Shown here in pieces: positions 12,892 through 25,334 of a DNA stretch of 64,000 bases. Below the pieces are notes generated by a model, which saw only the letters and a list, made by a program, of their open reading frames with translations, made no database searches and was not told where the DNA came from. Each line of letters begins with the position of its first letter. Position 1 is the first letter of the stretch. Source of the stretch: Octopus sinensis (lineage: Eukaryota); contig NC_043008.1 of NCBI RefSeq assembly GCF_006345805.1, forward strand, positions 6,758,001-6,822,000. Direction: 5' to 3'. The position numbers and the translations under genes are program-made.

Positions 12892-12935
12892 TGATAAGTA
12901 GGTAGGTAGATAGGGAGGTAGGTAGTTAGACAGAC

Positions 12936-12995
<60 letters not shown>

Positions 12996-13055
12996 TGATA
13001 GAGAGATAGAGAGAGAGATGGAAAGAGAGACAGATAGATGGATAGAGAGATAGAC

Positions 13056-13093
<38 letters not shown>

Positions 13094-13123
13094 AGAGAGA
13101 GAGAGAGATAGATAGATAGGTAA

Positions 13124-13160
<37 letters not shown>

Positions 13161-13186
13161 TGGATAGACAGACAGACAGATGGATG

Positions 13187-13276
<90 letters not shown>
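12380..13276. repeat. Compound tetranucleotide microsatellites: (TCTA)n/(TGTA)n, then (GATA)n/(GA)n/(TA)n
   Basis: Directly visible. Source of the 'SIYL' ORFs. Confidence 0.9.
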
Positions 13277-13890
13277 GAAGTGACGGGAAGGGAGCAAAAA
13301 TGAAACGTAAGATTATAGACCAGAACACACACAACTCTGCAGCCCACACTTCTGTTGTCTGCGCGCCAAAAGTTCACATGCTTCGCCGAACTATTTAGCT
13401 TGTTGCCAAAACAGCAGCACAATACAAACATCATTCCACTCTGGGATTTCTCAGTCTTTCCTTTCACCTCTTCCCCCGTTCCCACCTCTCCTTTTTTTTT
13501 CTCTCTCTCTCTCTCTCTTTTCCACCTCTCTTTTTACCTTTCTATTTTATCTCATTTCTATTTCTTCTCCGACTCCTCTTTCTCTGTGATTTCATTTATT
13601 TATATTTGATAAAAAGAAAAGAGGATGGGGTTTCGAACTAACATGTCAATTACTTTGCTATTTTCACTGTAGACTTACCTCTTGTCATCTCGCTGTGGCA
13701 TATCCAGTTTTCATACGTGCATATGTATATATATCTATGCATGCATGATGTATGTATGTGTATGGGTGGATATATGTATATGTATATATATAAATGTATG
13801 TATGTGTGTATGTATGTATGTATATATATATATATACATATATATATATGTATATATATATAAATGTATGTATGTGTGTATGTATGTATG

Positions 13891-14012
<122 letters not shown>

Positions 14013-14538
14013 TGAATGTATGTATATAACTAAATAAATCCTGCGGGAATTGTTAATTACACAGGGAGAAAAGGATTCTGAATGTATTTTACTTTTTAAC
14101 TCATCAATGTTGCAGTAATTAAAATTAGAGTAATTAATTAGTAATTATACTAATTAATAATAGTAATTATAATTACACTCCCTTTTGTTCCTATCTTCAT
14201 GCTGAGATATTTATGAATAGATCAATTAAGTCTTGCAATTTATTCCATACTAATGAGGTCTAATTAGAGTGAAACATGCCCACAGTTGTGTTTAGATCAG
14301 ACAACCCCATTGAAATAACTCAAAAGGATTTAATTCATAATTTCTCGAGACATTTACATTTATACAAAACTGAGGTGCGCGTGTAGTGTTACGAACTCAG
14401 AGTGGTGCAATCAATAATTCGGAAAAATGGTCACCGATACAAACGTCACATGTATTCTAGTAAGGGACTCGCTAAGTTCTGATCAGTAATTAGCGTTTAG
14501 AATTATATAATGTTTGATAGTTATTTAACTCACTCCTC

Positions 14539-14972
14539 AATATTCTTTTCTACTCTAGGCACAAGGCCCGAATTTTTTTTTGGGGGGGGGGGTGGGGGGG
14601 GGGGGCAGTTGATTAGATCGACCCCAGGACACATCTAGTACTTAATTTATTGACCCTGAAAGGATGAAAGGCGGAATTTGAACTCAGAATCTAATGACAG
14701 ACGAAATAACGCTAAGCATTTCACCCAGTATGCTAACGTTTCTGGCAGCTCGCCGCCTTCACTAATGGTTATATTTTCTACTCTAGACACAAGGCCCGAA
14801 ATTTTGGGGATTAGATTGACCCCAATACGCAAATGGTACTTAATTTATTGAGCTGGAAAGGATGAAAAGCAAAGTCGATCTCGGTGGAATTTGAACTCAG
14901 ATCGTAAACACAGATGAAATACAGCTAAGCATTTCGCTCGGCGTGCTAACGATTCAGCCAGCTCATCGCCTT
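14539..14972 (-). mobile_element. Two tandem SINE A1 copies
   Basis: Both read ctctaggcacaaggcccgaa..gatcgacccc..ggatgaaaggc..ggaatttgaactcagaa..cagctcgccgcctt. The pair is bracketed by a 12-bp direct repeat tcctcaatattc (14534-14545, 14979-14990). Confidence 0.9.
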
Positions 14973-15385
14973 CCTAATTCCTCAATATTCCTACAATGAA
15001 AAGTGACGAGCTGGAAGTATCATTAGCACACCGGGCAACATATTTGGCGACATTTATATATATTAACGACAGAAGATGGAATTCACGAGAGTTTATTATT
15101 AATCGCAACGATTGTTTCGACACATCAAGCATTGATTCCTCTTGGGTGGGACACTCAACAACTGCTTCAGGGGCATCCGGTGGTGCAGATGTATCTCGTC
15201 GGGTGATAAATAAACACAACTCGTTAAAATGACTGTTCCGCAATGTAACTTTCCGTTTTGTAGAGAGAAGAGCAGCCAGACGGGGGAAATATCTTCATTT
15301 ATATAGAAGATAAACATAAAATCACAGATGGTAAAAAGAGAAATGAATATGCAATCCAGCAAAAAATTAAAGTATTATTAAAAGT

Positions 15386-15425
<40 letters not shown>

Positions 15426-16118
15426 TATATATATATTCTATGTATACACGCGCACGTACATATACACGCAAAAATGCATATATTCATAACGTAACACATA
15501 GCTGTGCAGTGTTCTTGGTTTGCGTCAACTGTTCCCACAGGAAACCAACGGCATAACGGAAGATAAAATGGTGATTCCACTGTCACCAATATTATTACAA
15601 TCTCCGCCAACGCCGCGACCACCACCACGACCACCACCTTCAAAACCGTAATAACTACAACATCAAGAACAAGAACAATCCTTTCCAGTAATAAACCAAT
15701 ATAGCTATCAACTATATTCCCAGCTTCTAAACGCTGATTATCTTCTTCGGTTAGCCACCCTACACTACATATACAAATTTCTCCCCACCTCAATTCTATT
15801 TAAGGGTGGATTTCATATCCGAGGCCCCTCCCTTGCACACCCAATATATCTCCATGTATGTCCTTATCCTAAGCACACAAAACATTTGACTATGTTCTTT
15901 TTTTCCTTTCATTTGTTTGTTTTTGACGTTACTCTGCATATTCTAATGTAAGACAACACAAAATATTTTTGGCTCTGATTTCTCTCTGAAATGTTTCCCA
16001 CACTTCTTCTATGTCATCCTCCCTCTCTCTCTCTCTCTCTCACTCCAGACCCTAACCCATCATTATTAACTACAACAGTAACACTAACCACTACTACTAC
16101 TACTAATAATAATAATAG

Positions 16119-16745
16119 TCCTTTCTACTGTAGGCACAAGAACTGAAAATTTGGGGGAGGAGATTACTTCGACCCCACTGCGTAGCTGGTACTTAATTTA
16201 TCGACCCCCAAAGGATGAAACGCGAAGTCGATCTCGGCGGAATTTGAACCCAGAACGTAGCGGCAGACGAAATACCTATTTCTTTATTGCCCACCAGGGG
16301 CTAAACATAGAGAGGACAAACAAGGACAGACAAACGGATTAAGTCGATTATATTGACCCTAGTGTGTAACTGGTACTTAATTGATCGACCCCGAAAGGAT
16401 GAAAGGCAAAGTCGACCTCGGCGGAATTTGAACTCAGAACGTAGTGGCAGACGAAATACCGTTAAGCATTTCGCCCGACGTGCTAACGATTATGCCAGCT
16501 AACCCTTTCTATTATAGGCACAAGGCCTGAAATTTTAGGGGAGGAGATAAGTGGATATCATCGACCCATTACTCAACTGGTACTTATTTTATCGACTCCG
16601 AAAGGATGAAAGACAAAGTCGACCTTGGTGAGATTTGAACTAAGCATTTTCCCCGACGCTAAGCATTTTTCTCTTTTAATTTTGTCCTGGGGCCAACAAT
16701 TTTGAGGAGAGGGACAAAGTCGATGGAATCGACCCTAGTAGTCGA
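16119..16745 (-). mobile_element. SINE A cluster: A1 with nested A2 module (from 16277) plus two further partial copies
   Basis: Family A body repeated. The A2 tail tatttctttattgcccaccaggggctaaac starts right after cagacgaaatacc. Confidence 0.9.
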
Positions 16746-16868
16746 CTGTTTCTTCATAGGATTGCCAATAGGTATTTTTTTTCCGATTCTCTCGCTATTC
16801 AACCAATCCATTTTTGTTTTCGCTCCGTCAGGTTTCCCAACCGTAATAACCACGTACTTAACTTATTA

Positions 16869-16934
<66 letters not shown>

Positions 16935-17064
16935 CTTAAACATATTTCTTTCCGCACATTAGCTTTTTTCTCCGAAGAACATTTCTCTTCTTTCATTACC
17001 TGTCAAAAATGCTGCGCCCATTACCTATCTATCCATTCCTCTATCTAACTATATTATGTATATA

Positions 17065-17135
<71 letters not shown>

Positions 17136-17179
17136 CATCCTTCTATCTATCAATCTATCTATCTATCTACCTATCTATC

Positions 17180-17219
<40 letters not shown>

Positions 17220-17430
17220 CCTGCTTGTCTGCGTGTTGTCCATCAGTCTACATAGCTACGCATCTGTCAATACATCTCTCCATCCACCCGTCTGTCTAAC
17301 TATGTATATACATCTACGTGTACCTGTCTGCATATACGTACACACACACACCTTCTGTTTGTCATTTTTGTATGTCAGTTTTCAGCCTCCTTTCCTCTCA
17401 GCTCATCCATTTCCTTCGCTTTAACATCGT

Positions 17431-17512
<82 letters not shown>

Positions 17513-17723
17513 ACACACACCTTATATCTTCCTTTTTATTTTTTCTTCCTACCTATATTATTTCACCTTTTCTATGTTTCCTTTCTCTACATTTTTACTC
17601 TCTGACTCAAGTTTCCGCCTTTTCTTTCAGAATGTTATCCATCTACATTCTGTAATTCACTCCGTGCATAGTTTAACATGTATGGAGTGGTGGTGGTGGT
17701 GGCTGACAAAATACATACATTCA

Positions 17724-17754
<31 letters not shown>

Positions 17755-17928
17755 AGGCGTAGGTGTGGCTGCGTGGTAGGAAACTTGTTTCCCAACCACA
17801 CGTTTCGAGGTTCAGTCCCACTGCGTGGAATCTTGGGCAAGTGTCTTCTACTATAGCCTTGGGCTGACCAAAGCCTTGTGAGTAGATTTGGTAGAAAGAA
17901 ACTGAAAGAAGCCCGTCGTGTGTGTGTA

Positions 17929-17960
<32 letters not shown>

Positions 17961-18203
17961 GTATGTATGTATGTATGTATGTATGTATGTATGTGTGTAT
18001 TTGTATCTGTGTTTGTCACCCCATCATTACTTGACAACCGATGCTGGTGTTTTTACGTTCCCGTAACTTAGCGCTTCGGCGAAAGACACCAACAGAATAA
18101 GTACTAGGCCTAAGAAATAAGTTCGGGCGTGGGTGGGAATAAAGTTGGTGCTCCAGCATCGCCGCAGTCAAATGACTGAAACAAGTAAAAGAATAAAAGA
18201 ATA
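17755..18203 (+). mobile_element. SINE family B (tRNA head + CORE-like domain + internal microsatellite)
   Basis: ggcgtaggtgtggctgcgtggtagg..ggttcagtccc..cttgggcaagtgtctt (MIR/CORE-like)..gaaactgaaagaagcccgtcg-(TA/TG)n-..gactgaaacaagtaaaagaata. Confidence 0.9.
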
Positions 18204-18689
18204 TATTCATGCATAGGTATTTACATACACATTGCGTTTGCGAGTGTGTTTCTGAGTGAGTGTGTATTTATGTGTCTACATTTTATGACCATATATGTAT
18301 ATATTATACACCCACATGCATACTCTCTTTACTTTCCTTAATACCTCTCTTTGTTCTGCTTTACCAGGCGATGTTTCACGATATTAGTTCCCCTCCATTT
18401 TCCTCTCCTACTCTCCGCTGTCTCTTTCACCTCTGGAATTCAGCGCTGGATTTCACCACTTTCCCATCTTAAAACTCTTCTACCGAGTAAAAAAATGCAA
18501 AATTCTTTGATTTTTTTTATTCTTTAAAAACACTTTTTCATTAGTTTTAGCCTTCTATCCTTGCTACTGTGTTGTACGACTTCACCTCCAATACTTTGTG
18601 GTTATATCATCACTGTTTTAGACTCTTCATCCATGCGTCTTCTAAGTGTTATTCTTCTCGCTTTTCCTATATATTTTTTTTACCTTTAC

Positions 18690-18800
18690 TATCTTTCTTC
18701 TGATGAAGGACCGGCCTCCAAAACGCCACAACTGTATCCCATCTTCTTAAGCATTAAACTAATACAATATTTGTTAAAACTTATCCCTCTCGTATTTTCT
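18690..18800 (+). mobile_element. Family-E-related Penelope pLTR-like fragment with degenerate HHR core
   Basis: ttCTGATGAaggaccggcctccAAAAcgcc, followed by agcattaaactaataca, which is shared with 50391-50407. Confidence 0.45.
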
Positions 18801-18842
18801 TTTAGCATTCATTGCCCGGAAAATGTGCAAGGATGTGCGTGC

Positions 18843-18945
18843 GGCCAGCTCCAATCAAACTATAAAGTGGGACCAGCTCCCATGAAACTATAAAGTGGGG
18901 CAAGCTCCGATGAAACTATAAAGTAGGACCAGCTCCGATGAAGCT
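18843..18945. repeat. 28-bp minisatellite (ggaccagctccgatgaaactataaagtg) x about 3.7
   Basis: Directly visible tandem units with a few substitutions. Confidence 0.9.
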
Positions 18946-19366
18946 TTGAGTTCACTGCTAAAAGTAGGGTATATATATATATATGTGTGTGTTTGATTCT
19001 ATTGAAAGCTTAAGACTTCACAAATCAGTACTCTGAATCTCATATTTCCGTTTTCATGCGCAAATTAGGAAAAATAGAACTTTTTAGGAGATATCTAACA
19101 GCAACCATAATCAAATATCAAAATGAATGTCGAATACTGAATGGCTGAACCTGGTCCACTGTACAAGCGTTCTCCTGATGAGTGGCTTCAGTTATAAACA
19201 GTCAGACAACGCTGGATTAAAGAGGCCACGTGTATCCAAGATACATCTTGCACACATGATGCTTTGGCTACAAAAGATGTTTGTGCTGTTTTCGACACTA
19301 CATTTTCAGCCATTAGCTCTAATCTAAGCTACCCAAATTTCTAGATCTAAGTGTCGGCGGATGGAT

Positions 19367-19830
19367 GTCTTTGCTAGTATATACGCAGTGAAGCTATACA
19401 CAATAGCGTCGTATTTATTACGATTGCTATTTACCAGTAAATATTGGTGCCTTGTTGTGCCATTTATCTACTTTTATATGTATAATTTTACCCTTATGGG
19501 CTATCTTTTACTAGAAAGTAATACATTCGTATTGCATTATTATTTTCATTGAAACTTCTTCACAGTTTTCGTTCTGTTAACGTTTTGGCGTTCATACGAG
19601 TATACTGGTATTGATGTGGCAACATTTGAAATCTTGTCTAGGTAAATGCAGCTGATGAAGACTAATCAAATTTACGTTGTCAAACGTATTTGAAGAGTCA
19701 GAAACCGGTCCTGCATTATCCAATTCTGGGTTGTCCATTTATCTAATGTTCTTCCTAGAGGTAAGACGAAATTATTTTCATGTTTGTTGCACACACGCGT
19801 CTTTGCTAGTATATACGCAGTGAAGTTATA
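19367..19830 (+). mobile_element. Terminally redundant 432-bp unit containing an HHR (Penelope pLTR/retrozyme-like)
   Basis: 32-bp direct repeat gtctttgctagtatatacgcagtgaagYtata at 19367-19398 and 19799-19830. HHR at 19645-19717. Confidence 0.6.
19645..19717 (+). ncRNA. Type I hammerhead ribozyme motif with palindromic stem III
   Basis: aatgcag-CTGATGA-agact..tcaaat.tacgtt(gtca)aacgta.tttga..agtca-GAA-ACCGGT-C-ctgcatt. Perfect 7-bp stem I, long stem II, GUC cleavage triplet. One mismatch or extra base at the base of stem II. Confidence 0.75.
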
Positions 19831-19842
19831 TATATATTTCAT

Positions 19843-20332
19843 GGCTCTCCGTCGGTTACGACAACTAAGGTTTCACTTGATCCGATCAACGGAACAGCTT
19901 GCTCACGAATTTAACATGCAAGTGGCTGAGCACTCCACAGACACGTATACCTATTTCTTTATTACCCACAAGGGGCTAAACACAGAGGGGACAAACAAGG
20001 ACAGACATAGGTATTAAGTCGGTTACATGGGCCCCAGCGCATAACTGGTACTTTATTTATCGACCCCGAGAGGATGAAAGGCAAAGTCGACCCCGGCGGA
20101 ATTTGAACTCAGAACGTAACGACAGACACGTATACCCTTAACGTAGTTCTTGGGGGAGATTCAGCGTGATACAGAGTGTGACAAGGCTGGCCCCTTTGAA
20201 AATACAGGTACAACAGAAACAGGAAGAAATGTTTTCGCTCCATAAACACTCACAGCACCTGGTCTAGGAACCGAAACAGCGATCCTACGACCATCAGTTC
20301 GCCGGCCTAACCACTGGGCCATTGCGCCTCCA
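19843..20332 (-). mobile_element. SINE family C head with tail D, interrupted by a SINE A2 insertion
   Basis: Head (minus) tggaggcgcaatggcccagtggttagg..gtttcggttcc. The tail matches the uninterrupted fragment at 55991-56145. Confidence 0.85.
19952..20121 (-). mobile_element. 5'-truncated SINE A2 with 15-bp target-site duplication
   Basis: Exact direct repeat acagacacgtatacc at 19937-19951 and 20122-20136. Confidence 0.9.
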
Positions 20333-21129
20333 CTATTATTCAACTAAAAGTAATTAATTAAAAATCATTCTTCATAAGCTAATTACTATCACACATGTTC
20401 CTTTTATAGTGTTTTTATGGATGTGCGTGCGTGTGTGAGTGTGTTACTGCAGCTTTGCGTGTATGAATGTGTGCGTGTTAATTAGAACATAGGTGTATAC
20501 TTATGTGCACACCTGTGAACTAAAGTATATGCATGCATTCGTATAGTTATATATAAGTATATGATTGTGTGTATGTTCGTGTGTCTAAGTGTGTGTGCGT
20601 AGTTTTATGTATGTGCGTGTGGTTGTGCAGATGTATATATATATATATGCAAGTGTTCTTTGAATGCAAGTAGATATACGTGTAGTACGTGCGTAAGAAT
20701 GTATTTACGTGTGTGCGTATGCGTACGAATATGTACTTGCGTGAGTGGTCCGTATGTGCATGGGTTCTTACTTGCATGTGCGTATATGTGCGTATATGCG
20801 CACGATGTGCGTGTGTGTTACGCAGAGGCTTTTGAAAGTGTTTGCTACACGTAGAGAGTCGCTAGTTTTCTCACGAAGATTTCCCTCCGAGATAAAAGTG
20901 TCTGCTTCAGCTGGTACCTTCGTCTCTCGCGTCTTGTTCTTTTATATTTTCTATCTCTCATTTTTTTTTCTGTGACGATTTAAACATGATCTTCAGACAA
21001 TTTTATTCACACAGTTGTTTGCTAACAAGCGTGTGAAGAACGTTTTTAGTGCATTATCGTATAAACACGTGGCGAGGATCCCTTGCCACGCTCCCTCAAT
21101 GCGTTTATGATAGCTTCTGTATATTTGCG

Positions 21130-21137
21130 TGTGTGTA

Positions 21138-21217
<80 letters not shown>

Positions 21218-21319
21218 TAGAAAAGAGAAAAAAAGGGCTAGATTGATAGGTCTAGGTATTTGCGTGCTTAAATATACGTATATACAAGCATATAAATATA
21301 TATACGTATATATACGTAC

Positions 21320-21374
<55 letters not shown>

Positions 21375-21963
21375 TGTATGTATATATATATCCATGTATA
21401 TATAAGTATATGTATGTATCTATATATATATATATATGTGTATATATGTATATATATATAAATATGTAGGTATATAATATATAAATATGTATGTATATAT
21501 ATATATAATATATATATATGTATGTATATGTATATATATATATATATATGCACATATATACACATGTATGTATATATACCCATGTATATATATACACATA
21601 TATGCATATGTATGTAAATACCCATATATATAGGTATATATATATTCATGCATATGTGTGTGTACGCATACACCTGCGGCATCATTAATATACACAGGAA
21701 TATATACGAACAGCCATACAACGAAATAGACGGATACAAATGCAGCTGTATACATACATATACACATGTGTGTATACATATATTAGAGAGATAGAGAGAT
21801 AGAGATGTAGATAGGTAGATGGAGAGAGAGAAAGAGAGAGCGAGGTAGGTATAGAGATAACGGTATAAAAATCTAGATAAAGATGTTGAATATTGCCTGC
21901 AAACATATCTCTGAGCATGTACATGCATACAGACACATTTAAGCAGACACTCACATACATATG

Positions 21964-22009
<46 letters not shown>

Positions 22010-22020
22010 CACACACACTC
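21130..22020. repeat. Degenerate (TA)n/(CA)n/(GA)n low-complexity block
   Basis: Directly visible. Source of the 341-aa spurious ORF. Confidence 0.9.
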
Positions 22021-22320
22021 ACAGAGGGAATATCAGTCATTGAAAGCGAAGGGGAAGGAGAAAGGGAAAGGAGAGAGGGGTGATAGATGTGAAGGTAGAG
22101 AGATATGGGTAGATTAATCTCTTGACACCGAGATATGTATCACTTCATACAGGCACACACACACAATCATTAATACACACACACATGCACACCCATATAC
22201 ACACACTGCACATACACATACACACACACCTATAAAATAAAATCCAGCAAGAAAAACTATAAATATATAAAGCACAAAATTATTTCTCTGTAATACTATC
22301 CTGGTTTTAAGACAGAGTTC

Positions 22321-22790
22321 TAAGGCGACGAGCTGGCAGAATCGTTACCGCGCCGGGCAGAATACATAGCGGCATTTCTTACGTATCTTAGTTCAAATTC
22401 CACCAAGGCCGACATTGCTTTTTATCCTTTCGGGGTCGATAAAATATGTACCAGTTGAGTACTGGGGTCGATGTAATCAACTAGACTCCTCCCCGAAATT
22501 GCTGGCCTTCTGCCAAAATTTGACACTAATATACAACGTTAAGACAGCGAGCCAGCTGAATGAATAGCACGCCGGGTTAGCGGCATTTCGTCTGCCTTTA
22601 AGTTCTGAGTTCAAATTTCACAGAGGTCATCTTTGCCAGTCAATCTTTCGAGGTCGATAAAATAAGTACCAGTTAAGCACTGGGGTCGATGTAAATTGCT
22701 TAACCCCTTTTTCTAACTTGCCAAAATTTGAAAGTAATATTATAGAAGCTGCTGTTCCGCCGAGGTCGGCGTTGCCTTTCGTCGTTTCGG
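22321..22790 (+). mobile_element. Two tandem SINE A (A3 tail) copies plus a short fragment
   Basis: aaggcgacgagctggcagaatcgtta..ttcaaattcc..cctttcggggtcgataaa..tgccaaaatttga, repeated. Confidence 0.85.
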
Positions 22791-23040
22791 GAGCTGGTGA
22801 CCATAGTCAAGGAGGTATTCGAAGATCTTCCTAAAGATATAGTGAGGAACGTATGCATCAGGTTCCGGAGCAACCCTAAGGCCGTGGTAGAAGCTGAGGG
22901 TGGCTACTTTGAGTAAACTGTTATCTCCCAGCCATAATCTAATTAATATGTTTTGATTTTTTAAAATGCTTTCATTTTTGGATGAGATATTGTGCTTTCT
23001 TATCCTTTGCTGAAAGCTGTCAAATTTAGACCCAAAAACT
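22791..23040 (+). pseudogene. Tc1/mariner-superfamily transposase C-terminus and right end
   Basis: ELVTIVKEVFEDLPKDIVRNVCIRFRSNPKAVVEAEGGYFE* (22791-22916), matching the 'C..FR.RL.AVV.A.GGYFE' ending of Tc1/maT-type transposases. Confidence 0.8.
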
Positions 23041-23136
23041 GTTTGCGTGCGCATTGTAATGCTGTTGTTGACTTTATTTCCGCTTACATTTCAGCGAAAA
23101 GCAGTTGGTCGAATTGAGTTCGATAAACTATGTATT

Positions 23137-23391
23137 CTTCTTCTTGCGCCCTTTTAAAGCCTAGCCAGTCTCATGGTCCTGGTTTCCCGGTTTCTATGGC
23201 GTATGTGTTCCCCAGCTGGACGGGACGCCAGTCCATCGCAGCGTCACTCATTTTTGCCAGCTGAGTGGACTGGAGCAACGTGAAATGAAGTGTTTTGCTC
23301 AAGAACACAACGCATCGCCGGTCCAGGAATCGAAACCACAATTTTACGATCATGATGCTGACACCCTAACCACTAAGCAACGCGCCTCCAC
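23137..23391 (-). mobile_element. Full-length tRNA-headed SINE with CORE-like and V-like domains
   Basis: Minus strand gtggaggcgcgttgcttagtggttagg..ggtttcgattcc..gtgttcttgagcaaaacactt..ctgcgatggactggcgtcccgtccag..(AAG)n tail. Exact 12-bp TSD aaactatgtatt (23125-23136, 23392-23403). Confidence 0.9.
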
Positions 23392-23772
23392 AAACTATGT
23401 ATTAGAGTGAGATAATCCCTATGGTTCCTATGGTCATTAACCCTTAATTGCGGTGCCCCAGCATAACCATAGTCCAATCTCTGAAACCACTAAATAAGTA
23501 AGTAAATAACTAAAATTAAAATAACACAGATAAGAACAAAGAAAAAAACCCATTTATTTCCCTTTCGGATTTCGTTTGCAGTATCGCACCACTTTTCACA
23601 CATCCATGTTCCTACATCCATAAATATTACTCGATGCTAGAACAAATAGTTATCTAACATTCTCACACTTATATTTATATAAGCATCGACTGACATCCAA
23701 GTATAAAGGCGCATCTATAACACATACACGAATAAATATGCACAGAGATAGACATATATATATATATATTAT

Positions 23773-23803
<31 letters not shown>

Positions 23804-24524
23804 GTCATGGAGTAAGTAAGACAGCTTCTGAAAAGGTTATTGGATATCAATTTTCTCGTCTGCTAGCATTCCATACCTTCTCCCTTTTCAGCAACACCCA
23901 ACATCTGCTGTTTCTAAGGAACTGGGCGCCCTTATTTCTCTCACCTCACCACACCTCATTTCATTTCATCACATTTCCGCCCCACCTTTCTTTATTCATT
24001 CATCTCACTCTATAAATTATAGCCTAAGTGCTATTCGTAGATTCCTGAAGCCTGATCTGGTTGCTAGAGAGAAGACTGAACGCGTATCTCCACAGCTTAT
24101 TAATTTGTCTGAACTCTCAAGCTTCACCAACGAGGAAGGCTTTGTTTTTCTTGCTACCATATGTGACGTAATTGAAGTGAACGCAGTCCAAATCGTTAAT
24201 CGAAACGTGTCGGCGGCTTTAACTTAGAAATGCTTCATCGTAACAGGACTCAGATGAGAAAGAAAATTTCAATAATTTACGAACCGGGAAATATAAAATT
24301 TTGAATGTTACAACTTTGTTTCATGAAATTTGTCAATTCAGTCAGATAAAACCTCCCGGATACCCTATTTATTTAGCTCATCCCACTGCTCGTCTGGGTG
24401 AGAAAAGCAAACTGTCAATGTATCGTATCGGTCACTGTCTGACAGATTGATGGCCAAACCCGTGGCAGAGGAAACTTCTGGCGTTCACGGCCCTCGGAAC
24501 GTATCTATGCTCACCGCTATCTGG

Positions 24525-24632
24525 ACACTTACTCAAGGAGCCACACGCAGTGAAACTGAACCCGGAACCATGTGGTTAGGAAGCAAGCTTCTTACTACAC
24601 AGCCACGCCTGCGCATATATATATATATATAT

Positions 24633-24673
<41 letters not shown>

Positions 24674-24674
24674 G

Positions 24675-24724
<50 letters not shown>

Positions 24725-25062
24725 TATATATACATACATATATATAATCTATTACTTGTTTCAGTCACTGAAAATATTTTAGTCAAATAGATTAGCCCTA
24801 CTACTACTTATTGATTTAAAGTCTGGTACTTAATCTATCGGTGTCTTTTGCCGAACTGCCATGTTACCGGAAAATAAACACACCAACACCGGCTGTCAAG
24901 CGGGGGCGGAGGACAAACACACACACAAACACATATATACAACGGGCTTCTTTCAGTTTACATCTACGAAATCCATTCACAAGGCTAAACCAAAGACACT
25001 TGTCCAAGGTTCCACGCTGTAGGACCGAACTCGGAAGGAAACTTCTTACCACATAAGCATGC
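24525..25062 (-). mobile_element. SINE B: head fragment (24525-24612) and decayed copy (24755-25062)
   Basis: Reverse complement of family B motifs. Confidence 0.8.
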
Positions 25063-25075
25063 ATGCACCAATATA

Positions 25076-25106
<31 letters not shown>

Positions 25107-25295
25107 CGTGTGTGTGTGTGTGTTAAGACAGTGTTTCTAATGGGGTAACTATAGAACTATAGACGATAATACCATGATCTAAGAAAAAATAACTCGATGC
25201 TGATGCAGAATAAATATTTAATATGTGAGATCTATAATTCCAGTTTAGAGCATTCTGGAATGCTTTCAGTTGGAACTAAAGATCCAACACTTTCC

Positions 25296-25334
<39 letters not shown>

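Noticed and set aside
20993-22018. 341-aa ORF and the many YI/CV/HT/SIYL-rich ORFs across the window
   Set aside because: Stop-free translations of TA, CA and GATA microsatellites.
24120-24220. Additional hammerhead (cgaaacgtgtcgg)
   Set aside because: No CTGANGA core or convincing stem II upstream.
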